Shown here in pieces: positions 29,777 to 42,505 of a DNA stretch of 64,000 nt (within the stretch, counting starts at the first letter, position 1; each line of letters begins with the position of its first letter). The notes beneath the pieces were generated by a model, which was given only the letters and a program-made list of their open reading frames with translations, did no database searches and was not told the DNA's origin. The stretch is from Eledone cirrhosa (lineage: Eukaryota): assembly GCA_964016885.1 (NCBI GenBank), contig OZ024741.1, forward strand, positions 287,122,001-287,186,000, in the 5' to 3' direction. A program made the translations under genes and the position numbers.

Positions 29777-30062
29777 CAATAATCATACGTTGATAAATAA
29801 ATATACCAATACACTAAACCCAAAATCGTATATATAATTCTATATTGATTTTCCATAATAAAACTAAAAAAAATTCTATTCGTTGTTCTAAAAGATTTCC
29901 TGTTAAGGGAAAACAAAATTAAAAAAGGAAAAGGAATGAATAAGATATAAATATATAAAACAAAATAACATATTTGAAAATGTCTACAAACAAACCATCT
30001 AACAAATATATATATATATATATAAAATACATGGAACTTTTTTAACCATCTATTAATTTCTT

Positions 30063-30140
<78 letters not shown>

Positions 30141-30847
30141 CTGTGTGACTGTGTGTGTGTGTAATGTAGTTGAAAAATAAGTATGGAAGAGGAAAAATAA
30201 AAGTATGCAAGAGGAAAATCATAAATGACTGAAGAAAAAGAATAAAAAAGATTCAAAAAGAACAAACGCAATGAGAATATAATATAATTATCGGTTATTT
30301 ATTTGCCAGAAGGACAATGAGTAAGGGTGCACATTATAAAGGTGATTTACAGCGGTGGGTTGACAGAGTTGTTAGATCATGGGACAAAATGTATTGCTTA
30401 TATTTAATAATGGGCCTTTACATTTTGAGGTAAAAAACTGCCGAGGTCCATTTTGTCTTTCATTCTTTCAGGGTCGATAAAGCAATGTAGTAGTTAATTA
30501 CTAGTATCCATTTAACCCTACTCTTGTTTTGCATATAACTACATTAGTAAGACACTTTGTATTTGGCAATTACAAAGTTTTAAAAATGAAAGTTTTTACT
30601 GTAATATTGCATATTTTCACTACGATCTGTGCACTAGCAAAGATACTATATATATTTGATATATATATTAAAATATTAAGATATTTTCTGCGAAATAATT
30701 ACAGTTAAGTGTTTGTCGACAAACCCCCTACACATATATATGTATATATATATATAGTAATAATAATAAATTTGAAGACTAAAATCCAAAGAGGGCTCGA
30801 TAAGGATAAATATATAAGAACCGTAGAGCAAATATTTATTAAAATAA

Positions 30848-30921
30848 CAGATTAAAGTTTAAGCAAAGAATCGCTGCTTTCACCCTTAACGGGATCTTCT
30901 GAAACTAACAAAGTCAATCTG
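30848..30921 (-). ncRNA. Hammerhead-like motif with A at position 4
   Basis: CAGAUUGA..AGUUU-CAGAAGA-UCCC(GUUAA)GGGU-GAAA-GCAG..UUGC-UU-AAACU-UUAAUCUG. All three stems pair. Confidence 0.5.
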
Positions 30922-31055
30922 TGAACGCAGAGGTCAATATTTCAAAAAACGTTGCAACCGGAGGAAGACAGGAAGACGATACTTTGGTTCGTGGAAACGT
31001 TCCCTGGCAAAGAACGGGAAAAAAACGAATATAATACGTTATTATTTGGAGCGGT

Positions 31056-31161
31056 AAAATCCCGCCGAGGTTAACTTTGCCTTTCATCCTCACGGGGTCG
31101 ATAAAATAAAGTACCAGTAATGCACTGGGTAATTGCTAGCCTTGTGCCAAAAGTAGAAACA
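31056..31161 (+). mobile_element. 5'-truncated SINE with 15-bp target-site duplication
   Basis: attatttggagcggt at 31041-55 and 31162-76. Core gcctttcatcct..ggggtcgataaaataaagtaccag shared with many copies in the window. Confidence 0.85.
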
Positions 31162-32139
31162 ATTATTTGGAGCGGTGAAAAACAATTACACGCAAAGACA
31201 AAACCGCGTTTATGGTATAAAAGAAGTCGTAGACTAATATTCTATTAGGTGGTTCATAGAGACGTTCTCTGGCAATGAACGGAAAAAACGAAGATAATAC
31301 GTCATATGTGGAGCGAGGAGGACAATTGCACGTAAAGACAAAAACCGCGTAAATGGTATAACTGAAGTAGTAAAATAAAATTCTAACTAGGAAACCGAAT
31401 GATTCTCGGCTTCAGAGTTAAGAATAAAGTAAATAAAATACAGAGGTAATTGAAATTGAATAAATACATACACACATCCAATTACGCACATACACAAGCA
31501 TACGCTAAAACACTCTCCATAGGTATACAAATACACGCATGGACACCAAAAAGAAAAAAAGAACAAAAAAACGCCGCACGCACATACAGAACCCACGCAA
31601 GGCCTGTACCCGCACGCATACGAATGTATACATCAAATACACATAGAAATATATATTTAAAAATAATATATATATATATGTGTATGTGTGCGTGTATACA
31701 TATAATAAAATAAACGTATATAAATAAATAAATACGTATATAACAAGCGCACACACATACCTACATGTAAATACACATATATTCGGAGACGTGCGTCAAC
31801 CAAAACACAAAGTACACATATACACACACCCTACATACGTACGAACCCTCATACTCACACAGACGCAAAACTCACGTATACACATAACCAAAAGCATATG
31901 TCCCAAAATATATAATATATACGCCATAACATATACAATCAAATATACGTACGAGAAAGTATACGTACTTTCACAAAACATACAGGTAATATATATACTT
32001 ACCTATACAAATAAGTAATGGTATATACATAACATATACTTAGCTACCACATCAAGACGTAAAATATCCGCGTATAGTTCGTACTATCCGTTAGGGTATA
32101 ATGGGGGGGGGGGGGGGGGGGGGCTGTAATACAGGAAAG

Positions 32140-32850
32140 TTTTGTGCAATTTATGTTTACAAGCCGAAATTGCCTCAGATTTTTTGTTTAAGATGTGGTT
32201 TTTGGCGTAGAGTATTTCCAGGGCCTCAGCGGCGCAGAGGTCACATGGTCTTTTATTTCCGTTATACGATCTAGCCCTAGCTAGGATCTCCCAGTGTAAC
32301 TTATATTAGGCGTGGTTGTCTTTTAGACTCCAGATATAAGCTGAAAGTGACGTCATATTCCTTCTTAAAGGGTTACGAAAAGAATGGGTATGCATGTAAA
32401 GACGCTGCTTGAATCTATTGGCGGTTAACTCTATCTAGGCCCTACGGGACGTGGGTATTTCAATCTTACATTTGTAGAAAATGTTACTAGAGAGGCATTT
32501 CCCGGATAGGGGGCAGTCAATCCGATTCCTACAATTACAGTTAGTACTAACTACAGGGTTGCACGTGTTCCTACGGCTAGGTAGTTTAGCTAAATTTGAA
32601 GCTGTAATGTTATGTGCAAGGTTAGGAGTTGTAGAGTAAGAAATATTAATAGTATTTCTATTAAAAATGTTACTATATTTATGTGTAGGGGGAAAATGCT
32701 TCATAATAATGGAGAGAAAGATCTTAGCTAATGGTGTGGCCACCTCCATATTATATGGTGGGTTATACCATATAATGCGTCGGGATCTATTTCTTCTAGT
32801 TCTATTCTCGTACTCTGTATAAACTACCTTATCGACAAATCCACTCTAAC
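32140..32850 (-). mobile_element. PLE family A-related decayed 3' fragment
   Basis: KHFPPTHKYSNIFNRNTINISYS..CNCRNRIDCPLSGKC..CDLC..SACKH aligns with the C-terminus of 4798-6432. Confidence 0.85.
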
Positions 32851-32878
32851 CTGAAATTTTAATCTGTTATTTAAATAA

Positions 32879-32918
<40 letters not shown>

Positions 32919-33011
32919 TATATATATAGGAAAAGTAAATAACAACAAGGAGTACAGTTACGAAAGGTGTTAGGTATTAGGTTCACGCTTGAGAATGTGG
33001 TGTATATATAT

Positions 33012-33053
<42 letters not shown>

Positions 33054-33056
<3 letters not shown>

Positions 33057-33318
33057 AAATATTTTGTATCTCCAAAGAAATACAGTTTTAGGAAGACGTA
33101 CACAGACGAGAAAAGTATATATTCTCAGCTGTCTTCTAGTCCAGCAGTCGCAAACGGTGGGAGGGACCGTCCTGACGAAGGCCAGTTAAGCTTGAAATGC
33201 ATAGACGGTTGTCCCCCTTGCTTCTGCTGGACATCACCAGAGGGCGATAGCCCCCCGGTGTTTGTATAGCTACGAGCTTCCTAAAACCGTATTTCTTTGG
33301 AGATGCAAAATGTTTATA
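33054..33318 (+). ncRNA. 265-nt rod-like hairpin element with apical minimal hammerhead (33166-33209)
   Basis: 42-bp terminal arms plus nested helices. ACCGUC-CUGACGA-AGGC(CAGUUAA)GCUU-GAAA-UGCA-UA-GACGGU. Confidence 0.8.
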
Positions 33319-33357
33319 GATATTGTATAAAGCTATGCTTGAAGCGAAATCCTATTT

Positions 33358-33446
<89 letters not shown>

Positions 33447-33451
<5 letters not shown>

Positions 33452-33750
33452 AGAAAAAAGAGAATCAGTGTTGCGACGAATGGAATTTATTGGACATATT
33501 ACAATCGTATCTCTGGCGACCAGCTCGAGGCACGATCGATGGTGATGATCGAACCTGACTCTGAAAATCACAAGGTCCTCAGATACGTCTTGATTCTATG
33601 AAGCAGATTTTCATTCTGAGGGCTTTGCGATTTTCACAGTCAGGTTCGATCATCACATCGATCGTGCCTCGAGGTGGTCGCCAGAGAAACGATTGTAATA
33701 TGTCCAATAAATTCCAATCGTCGCAACACTGATTCTCTTTTTTCTGCGAT
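33447..33750. repeat. 304-bp foldback (arms 33447-33583 / 33615-33750), MITE-like or hairpin RNA
   Basis: Arms are reverse complements with 8 mismatches and a 1-nt bulge. TA-flanked. Confidence 0.9.
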
Positions 33751-33825
33751 ATAATACTCTGCTCCATGAGAGCATCGAGTGCTCAAACGGCCTACCGCAA
33801 ACGGACGCTTTAAGCATCCAACACC

Positions 33826-33910
<85 letters not shown>

Positions 33911-35099
33911 AAGAATTAGAAATAGAAGCCAGGTCTATCCATCATCAGTGGTCTACTAGCCATCATAGGTATTTCTTCGCATTAAAGACCATATACCTCC
34001 GGCTAGGCAATGCAATAACTAAATTAAGTTATTGGGATAAAAAGAGTTGGGTGGAGAAAGAGAGACAGGTAAACAAACACGAATGGCGAGACAACGTAAA
34101 GAGAGGAAAAAATGAGAAAATCAAAGTCAATGATTCATTTGAACATAAGAACTTGCGAATATTGACGAAAAGGCAAAAGACACATCTTGGCCGTGCGAAT
34201 ATGAGCGAGGAAAGAATTTCGTACGGTGTGGGACGATGGATGAAGTGAGAGAGAGAGTGAGTGTCAGTGTGAGGTAGAGGCTAGCCGAGGGAGGGTGACT
34301 AGCAGAGGGAGTGAGTGAAAGTAAGAGTGAGAAGGAGAGAGAATGGGGAGAGAGAAAGAGGATAGCAGTAAGGGAAGAGAAAAACACACGTCACAGCGAA
34401 GGGGAAAGCATATATACACATATATATGTGTGTGTCGCCGACCACTCAACCATGAAAAATGATGCATTGGGTTACATTGTACCAATAGCTGGCAGAGACC
34501 AGACTAAATTGGATCCCCCACCAGACCCGGGTCTGGTGAGGATGGTAAGTGGAAACCGAGCAGGTCAAAAACAAGTGCTCTCAAAGGTTAGTTTAAATAA
34601 CTTCACCAACCTACAATTGTACAATTGTACAGTCGTTGTGAGTACGGCTACACCACTTGGAGAGGTTAAAATCCATAATAATAACACAATCTTCGTAACT
34701 CTCCTGCTACCTTGCCTTATTTTATTGATTTACGAACGTTTCAATCAATACCATAGGAAAATACATTGCTGATGTATTGATTCCTTCAGAATCTCTTAAA
34801 CAACATAAATAACATAAATATTTACCAAATATGTCCGAATATCTCACTTCCGATAAATTTAATCCTGGTTATATTTATTTATATATATGCCTTGTGACAA
34901 TGTAAAACCTCTGTGATTGGAAATTTACCGATTGGATTAAATTCTTACTATACATTCTTTCTATCTTGCTGTGGGCTACAGAATCACATTTGAGCTTTGA
35001 ATTATTCCTTGCCTTTATATGATTGTGTTAACAACTTATCTATACATACATACATATATATACATACATTTACATACATAATGACTGCAAACTCTGCTA

Positions 35100-35634
35100 A
35101 GAGCAGTTCAATCGCTTGTCAGATGACAAATGGTGCACTTGTAGGCTAGGCTACGGCCAGCCACACGAACCTGTAACATATCCTGAACAAGCAATGCCTG
35201 TGCTTTGAAGGTTTTTTTAAAGTGGGAATGGCCCTGCACTCGACCAATTCCACTCTCTGAGCATCGAAAACACTACCCGAAAAGGAGAACTGGTCAACTT
35301 TATACGGATGCTTCCGAAGCCACGGGTGTTTTTCCAGAGTTTCCCTCTCCTAGAAAGGTGTTGTGACAATAACTGGCGGCCTTTCACTCCCAGGTTTAAA
35401 AAAAAGTACTATTTGGATGACCGTTGGCTCTGCTGAGTTCCTCCGCTCTTTGCGGGGTCTTGTATTTCATCCCGCAGGGTGTCCAAATATCACCCTCCTC
35501 ACCAAGCAAGCTTGGTGGGGTTGCCGGTTTAGTCGACGACGACCCGACCATGAGACAGGTTGTACTGGGTTACATGTTACCACTAGCACTCGAGAGCGAC
35601 CTGGCATACATACATACATACATACATACATACA

Positions 35635-35668
<34 letters not shown>

Positions 35669-36060
35669 CATACATACATACATACATGGTGGTGGCTGCC
35701 AACTCGTTTTCGAGTACAGCCACTACTTTATATCCATGTAGGAGAACCCCTGCCGATGCGCTGAACGAGTGTGACTTTTTAGTCCAGACAGCGACTTGAA
35801 AACTCTGGTACAAACACTACACTTGTGACAATTATTGACACATAGTGCTGGGCCCATGGTACCATGTGACGACAAGTCCAGATATAAAGCAATGCCTGTG
35901 CCGTGAAGCTTTTATAGTGAACAAAGGCACTGCACAAAGCCAGTCCCACTCTCTTAACCAAGATGATATTTACCAAAAAGAAGAACAAGTCAACATCATT
36001 GGATACCATCAGGGTTGCAGGTGTTATATCAGAGTTTTCCTTCTCCTAGAATTCTGCCTT
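35100..36060 (-). mobile_element. Two decayed fragments resembling RTE-clade 5' regions, separated by (CATA)n
   Basis: Minus-strand ctaggaga(a/g)g(g)aaaactctg-type motif near 35335-35353 and 36029-36048, recalled as an RTE 5' UTR motif and not verified. Confidence 0.35.
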
Positions 36061-36096
36061 GACAAACATACATACATACACACACACACACACACT

Positions 36097-36155
<59 letters not shown>

Positions 36156-37223
36156 AGTTTACGTGAATCATTATGTATATATATGTATACATTTTCCGTT
36201 TCCGTGAAATTAATAAGATTTTATCTATTTACACCTGCGTTTGCCTTTCAGAATCTTGAATTATACACACACACGCACACGATTACACACACACTCACAC
36301 ACACATATATATATGTACAGAGAGAGAGATTTACAGAAAAAAACGAAAGATAATGTATGTATGTATGTATGTATGTATGTATGTATGTATGTATGTATGT
36401 ATGTATGTATGTATGCATATGTATGTTTGGATGTATGGGCGTGTATTTTTGTTTAAGTGTGTATATATGTGTATTATCAGGAAAAAAATACATTTCAGAT
36501 CATCAGTAGTAAGAGTTACACACTACGTATGAACGTCAATACGATAAAAGGATGAATGAGTGGAAATGTATCTGTAACAAATAAGAAGTTTAGGTCACTT
36601 ATCATGCGTCAACAGCCGAGGTGAGTGGCAGAGGAGATTTTCTCTTGTAACTGGTTTTACGATGGCTATATCACCCCTTTTAATAGTAGTAGACTGTTCG
36701 TTGTTACCAAGATAACACACACCACTTTTACAACAACAGAACCTATCTACTTAAATCCGAAAGTGAATAATGGACTTTAAAAGGAGGAGCAATTGCAACA
36801 TACTACACCCCACATCGTACACAGACATAGATAAGAATATATTACTGGTTAATACATACCATACTACATAGAATCCCCAACCCCCAGAAAAATAGACGAT
36901 TAATATATAGAAGCATTATTCATATCATAACAAAATGTTAAAACAAACATAGACAGCTATATACACGCTATAAATTAAATAACCAAGTTATTGATGGCGT
37001 ATAAATCAAATGGATAACTCCTGATGGCAAAATCTACATAAATCTCATTCGTCTGTTATAAAATAGACCGAACAGAAGCTAACAACACTTGTCATCTTGA
37101 AGACGAGAATGTGAAATTTAGAACTGCAAAGGATTTTTATGATAATATAAAAGTACACCAATAAAACTATAAAACCTGAATTATATAAATATCATCAACA
37201 ACAATAATTATTATATATATATA

Positions 37224-37807
37224 CAATGGCGGACTGGGTCTAAAAATATCGGGGGCCAGGAGATGAAGAGGTGCACCTACATATAGAGTGCTATCATTTA
37301 ATTTTGATTTTGAAAATAGGTTTATAATTATTAATTTTCATTATACTTTTGTAGCTGTCTCGGCGGCCTAGTTGGAGGAATCATAGACGGTGGTGATCCT
37401 GGTCTGAAGTTCAATCCTAGTCGGGAGTAGGGTACCCAGTAAACCTTTACAGTTTTTATTTTACATCCCATTAAAAAAAAAATTGACCAGGATTGAACCC
37501 AAGGGTATGATCTCCACTGTCCCTAGTACCTATCGGTAGGCCACTGAGACAACAACAAAAATCTTACAAAAGTTCATCCTTATAAACCTACTTTCAAAAT
37601 TTTCAAAACAAAGTGATGTGATGTCGTTGGTCAAATGCTTTGCTTAATTGTTTAATTTATTTTTAAAAAAAAATTGTTCTTTCTCTTAGACTTCAGGTAA
37701 TTTTTGAAAGCTAAGCATTGGCCCCTAAAATGCTACAGTGGGTCCTGCAATGCTACCGTGGGCCCACTGGGGCCCTCTTGCCATTGGGCAACCTGGCCAG
37801 TCCGCCA

Positions 37808-37810
<3 letters not shown>
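37224..37810. mobile_element. hAT-like non-autonomous DNA transposon inserted in (TA)n
   Basis: 14-bp TIRs caatggcggactgg / ccagtccgccactg (1 mismatch). Flanks are compatible with an 8-bp tatatata TSD. GGGCCC-rich subtermini. Confidence 0.75.
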
Positions 37811-37866
<56 letters not shown>

Positions 37867-37954
37867 CAGTCGATCGACTTTCGTCAAATCGGACCGAGGA
37901 AACAGTGTTTCCATCGGTCTTTCCAATTGCTAATACTATCTATCGGTCGCAACT

Positions 37955-38073
37955 CCAGGTAGAACGAAATACAGTGTCTTGCTCAAGGACATAACGCATC
38001 ACCCGGTCCAGGAATCGAATTCACAACCTCAGGATTGCGAATCCAATTCTCTAACCACTCAGCCACGTGCCTT
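37955..38073 (-). mobile_element. tRNA-derived SINE head
   Basis: Minus strand: ggcacgtggctgagtggttagagaattgg..gaattcgattcc (A/B boxes). Confidence 0.7.
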
Positions 38074-38097
38074 CACACACACACATACATACATACA

Positions 38098-38152
<55 letters not shown>

Positions 38153-38156
<4 letters not shown>

Positions 38157-38314
38157 AAGTATGACCCCGACGGCAGAGTTCAAGCCGTTTCGACAGCTAT
38201 TTCTGGACTAGAGCTCTGGACGTGAGCTCTGCCGTCGGGGTAATACTTTTTCCTATTACCCACTCTACTACCCTAAGTATTGAGTACTCTGGTTCCTTAC
38301 CACAATTCCTTCGT

Positions 38315-38315
<1 letters not shown>
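38153..38315. repeat. 100-bp hairpin (38153-38252) plus tail, a dispersed TA-associated family
   Basis: gaaaaagtatgaccccgacggcagagttca / tgagctctgccgtcggggtaatactttttc. Related pieces at ~51150-51235 and ~51291-51341. Confidence 0.75.
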
Positions 38316-38345
<30 letters not shown>

Positions 38346-38437
38346 GTGTTAAACAAGATTCAATGAGTATATCAAAGAATGAGTTTTACAGTAGATTGGA
38401 AGCACTCTACGGAAAAAATAATTTTCCGGAGTTATTA

Positions 38438-39045
38438 ATATTAAAATATAAATATTAATAAAATAGATGTTCTTTTGATCAATTACATTTTATTATACAT
38501 ATTTCGGATGTACAACAGTACGTCCTCAGACAAAATATAATGATACATGACATACCCTGAGATGTTAAATGGTTAAGATTTAATCAAGGTAGTGATTAAC
38601 CCAAGAGAAAATGTTACATATATAGCCTAATTATGAGAAAATGCGAAAACGTAATAAATTCATTAGAGAATGTGTGAGTAAGAAAAAACGTTGCATACTG
38701 TAATTGTTCTAAAGGTTTTAAAATGTATGATACTACGATATATCTAGGAAAACGTCTCATGAATCATAACAGCCAGTGATAGCCACTGGAAAAAGATTCA
38801 TAAAGAGGGAAAGATAAAGGCGGGGGGGGGGGGGGCGATATATGCAGAAGGAGATTTTTTTCCGAAAGTTAAACGGTTAAATTTGAAAATATTTAATTTA
38901 TAATATTAGGGTGAAGACTCCAGATTTCAGGATTATTTGCTGGTTATTTATATATTATTTTTATAAATTCGATAAGTTGTACATCCGAAATATGTATAAT
39001 AAAATGTAATTGATCAAAAGAACATCTATTTTATTAATATTTATA

Positions 39046-39054
<9 letters not shown>
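38438..39054. repeat. 79-bp inverted repeat (38438-38516 / 38976-39054) overlapping a damaged minus-strand hammerhead (38483-38540)
   Basis: Minus strand: UUAUAUUUUGU-CUGA-[NGA missing]-GGACGUAC(UGUU)GUACAUCC-GAAA-UAUGUA-UA-AUAAAAUGUAA. Confidence 0.7.
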
Positions 39055-39105
<51 letters not shown>

Positions 39106-39485
39106 GTGTGTGTGTGTGTATAGATGGAAATAAAAGAAAGTTTAGAAAAAATACTGTCACGTTGGAAAATTGTCTAAATTAAATATTAGAAGATACAAAG
39201 GCACAATAACCGATCTTCAGCCATCCTTTCTAAGTGTGACTATCCAAGGGTATCACAGATATCAAAGGAAATTCAAATTTTTGGTATGTTATATCTGGTC
39301 ACTTCGAACAACCCGAATATACCACAGACACTGTAATTTCGAATAGCCACGGTGATAATCTTCCTAGTGGCTGGAATATATTCTGAGCGTTCATAGTTAG
39401 CATACTTAAGATACAAAAACTAAAGTACCTTTAATATCTGTGACATCCTTGGATAATCACGCTTCGAAATGATGTCTTATTACAT

Positions 39486-39566
39486 GCTGTCTGATGAGAT
39501 CACGTGGCCGGTTACTTGATTGAAAAATCACATAGCTACGATCGTGATTGAAATATGTATCACAGC
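39486..39566 (+). ncRNA. Type I hammerhead with long stem II, predicted cleavage after 39561
   Basis: GCUGU-CUGAUGA-GAUCACG..CGUGAUU-GAAA-UAUGUA-UC-ACAGC. Confidence 0.75.
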
Positions 39567-40333
39567 TTTGTTAATAAAAGACCCTTTAACATCTACACCG
39601 AGCATGGTATTTTCCTTATTCTATTATACATAATATATATATGAAGCGGGCGAGACAGGTACGAAGATGGATTGAAGTGAGAGGGAATGTAACGACAAAA
39701 AAAAATGATGGTTCTGAAACAGATGGTTGACTATTGAAGGACAACGACCGTTAAAGGCAAGGTCCTGAGCAAGCTAATGGGGGAAACACCTTCGATTGTC
39801 TAATTGTTTATTTTAAAGACTGCCTGTGTTGTACATGTACTTCAGAAACAATCACAATCCTACACAATCATATTTTCCCCATAACTCTCACACCTTGTTC
39901 TTAGTTAGAAAATCAGAATGTTTTATATACAAAAATACAACAGCAAAAAAAATCTGTGTAAAGATAGAAAACAGAAATAACACAAACAAACCACGAAAGT
40001 ATTATTAAAAGATTATAAAAAGAAGTCAGTGGCAATCTTAGGTGTGTATGCAATAATTGTCTGTGTTTATATCGTACATATTCTTTATTCCATTAATATT
40101 AATATTGAAAACGAAAATCTCCTTCAGCTAAAGAAATACTTACTAATCGATATGAATGTATGTATGTTCTAGCTTTATTATTTTATAAATTCTCACCAAT
40201 ATATAGGAAAGAGAAAGACCCAATTTCTCACATAGTAACAACTCTTTCAATGGAATTTAGACATCAACTGGGTAAATATCTATGCTTATATATATATATA
40301 TATGTGCGTGTGTGTATGTAATGTATATATATA

Positions 40334-40378
<45 letters not shown>

Positions 40379-40437
40379 TACATACACACACATATATATG
40401 TGCGTGTGTGTATGTAATGTATATATATATATATATA

Positions 40438-40504
<67 letters not shown>

Positions 40505-40534
40505 TGTGAGTGTGGCAATGACAGAAAGATGTAG

Positions 40535-40780
40535 TCGGATCTCATCTAGAGTCCAGTTAAGTAGTCCGAATGTTGGTGTCAACACATGCGCAGTAATCAC
40601 ATTGTGAGCCACTGATTTATTGTGGGTAAAGAGTTCCGAAGACCATACTTTTATAATTTGGGTGTTATATTCTCTGGTTACTCGTTTCTTGTTATAAATA
40701 CTATCCTACCCTAAGTATATCTAACAGACCTCGTTTGCAATCATGTAGGAACATTTATCCTGGCAAAAATCCTTTGTAGC
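40535..40780 (-). mobile_element. R4/Dong-like RT relic
   Basis: AHNVITAHVLTPTFGLLNWTLDEIR and QDKCSYM match the 1365-2267 translation. Confidence 0.7.
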
Positions 40781-41284
40781 GCTTATGTTCCGTGTACGAA
40801 CATAAATATATAATATATCTTTAATATCGCATGTTCTTACTGAGTGAGTGAGTGAGTGAGTGAGTGAGTGAGTGAGTGAGTGAGTGAGCGAGCGAGCGAG
40901 TGCGTGAGTGTATGTGCGTACGTGAGTTTGTGTGTGCACGTGTGTGTATGTATGTGTAAGAGAGAGTAATTATATGTATCAATGAATGCCTCATACAAAT
41001 GAATTTAGATATCTCAACCCTTCTAGATTTTTCTCTACTAATTTCATTACACCACTTACACTGTTCTGCTCTCTCTCTCTCTCTCTTTAAGTAGACGTCA
41101 ATCTCCGTCGCTCTCTAACATGGCCTCTTCCTCTGTCGTTCTCTAACACACACACACACACTCTCTCTCTCTCTCTCACTCTCTCTCTCTCTCTCGTTTC
41201 AAGAATATTTGATTTGAGACTTTTTGGAGGAATTACGCAATGCTTAAATTGATACCACAATTCAATTTACATGTCCCATTACAT

Positions 41285-41345
41285 AGAAGAAGAAGAAGAA
41301 GAAGAAGAAGAAGAAGAAGAAGAAGAAGAAGAAGAAGAAGAAGAA
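41285..41345. repeat. (GAA)n microsatellite
   Basis: Direct reading. Confidence 0.95.
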
Positions 41346-41974
41346 TATAATGAAATCCGAAAGACATTTTGCATGGACCTAAAATTGTTTCTTGGCAAAC
41401 AAGTAAAAGACAAACGATGACAACGACGACGACGACGACGACACCACAACCACCAACAACAACAACACAACAACAACAACAAACAAACAAACAAACAAAA
41501 CTAGAAACAACAACTGCTCCAAGGGCCAATATAATTGATTTATTCCGATCTCATCTAAATGGTTTCATAATAGTCTCTATGAAGACGATGTTGTTGAATT
41601 GGCGTTCCCCCTTCACGGCATACAGAAATTACATCAAACGATCAACACAACACAACAGTTGTTACAAATTATATTGTTGCTGTTGTGGTTGTGTTTGTGA
41701 TTGTCGTTGGACTTCCGTCGGCTCCGACGACGAGTGTTCCAGTTTTCATACAACAGAACAACGAACAGGTGAAATTAACGAGCAAATGGTTAAGCATTCC
41801 TTAGACACAGTGCACTCTTAACTATCACTTTCTCGTGCCCTCCTCCTCTTCTGTTCTTTCTTTCTCGTCGTCCTCCTCTACACCCCCCACCCCCCGTACC
41901 CGCTCCGCTACCTTTACCAGTACCATAGCAACCATATTATACACAGGATTATCATCATAATAATAATATTTTCC

Positions 41975-42505
41975 AATTCAGGTACAAGGCCTGCAATTTG
42001 TAGGGAAGAAAAACTCGAATGATCTTACTGGTATTTTATTCTATCGATCGCGGAAGGATGAACAGCAAAATTGACCTCGGCAGGATTTGAACTCAGTAGT
42101 AATAATCATTTCTAATTTTGGCACAAGGCCAGCAATTTGACGGGAAGGGGGAAAGTCGCTTAAATCGTTCCCAGTGCTTTACTGGTACTCCATAAGGATG
42201 AAAGGCAAAGCTAACCTCAGCGGGATTGGAACTGAGAACATAAAGGGCCGTAACTATATACCACAAATCACGTTGTCTGTCACTCAACTTATTACTGCCA
42301 ATAATGGGTTCTGATTTAGGCACAAGGCCATCAATTTTGAGGAAGGAAAAGTCGATTAAATCGATCCCTGTGCGTTACTGGTACTTTATTTTATCGACCT
42401 CGTAAGGATGAAAGGCAAAGTGTTAACCTCAGCGGGATTGGATCTCAGAACATAAAGTGCCATAACTATATACCGCAAAATACATTGTCTGACGGCGCTC
42501 TACTG
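41975..42505 (-). mobile_element. Three tandem copies of the common SINE
   Basis: Repeated gg(c/t)acaaggcc..ggatgaa..g(g)caaa..acctc..ggatt..ctca modules. Confidence 0.75.

Noticed and set aside
33760-33800. GAGCA/UGCUC hairpin flanked by CCAUGA and AAAC
   Set aside because: Core incomplete (no CUGA, no G12) and no stem I.
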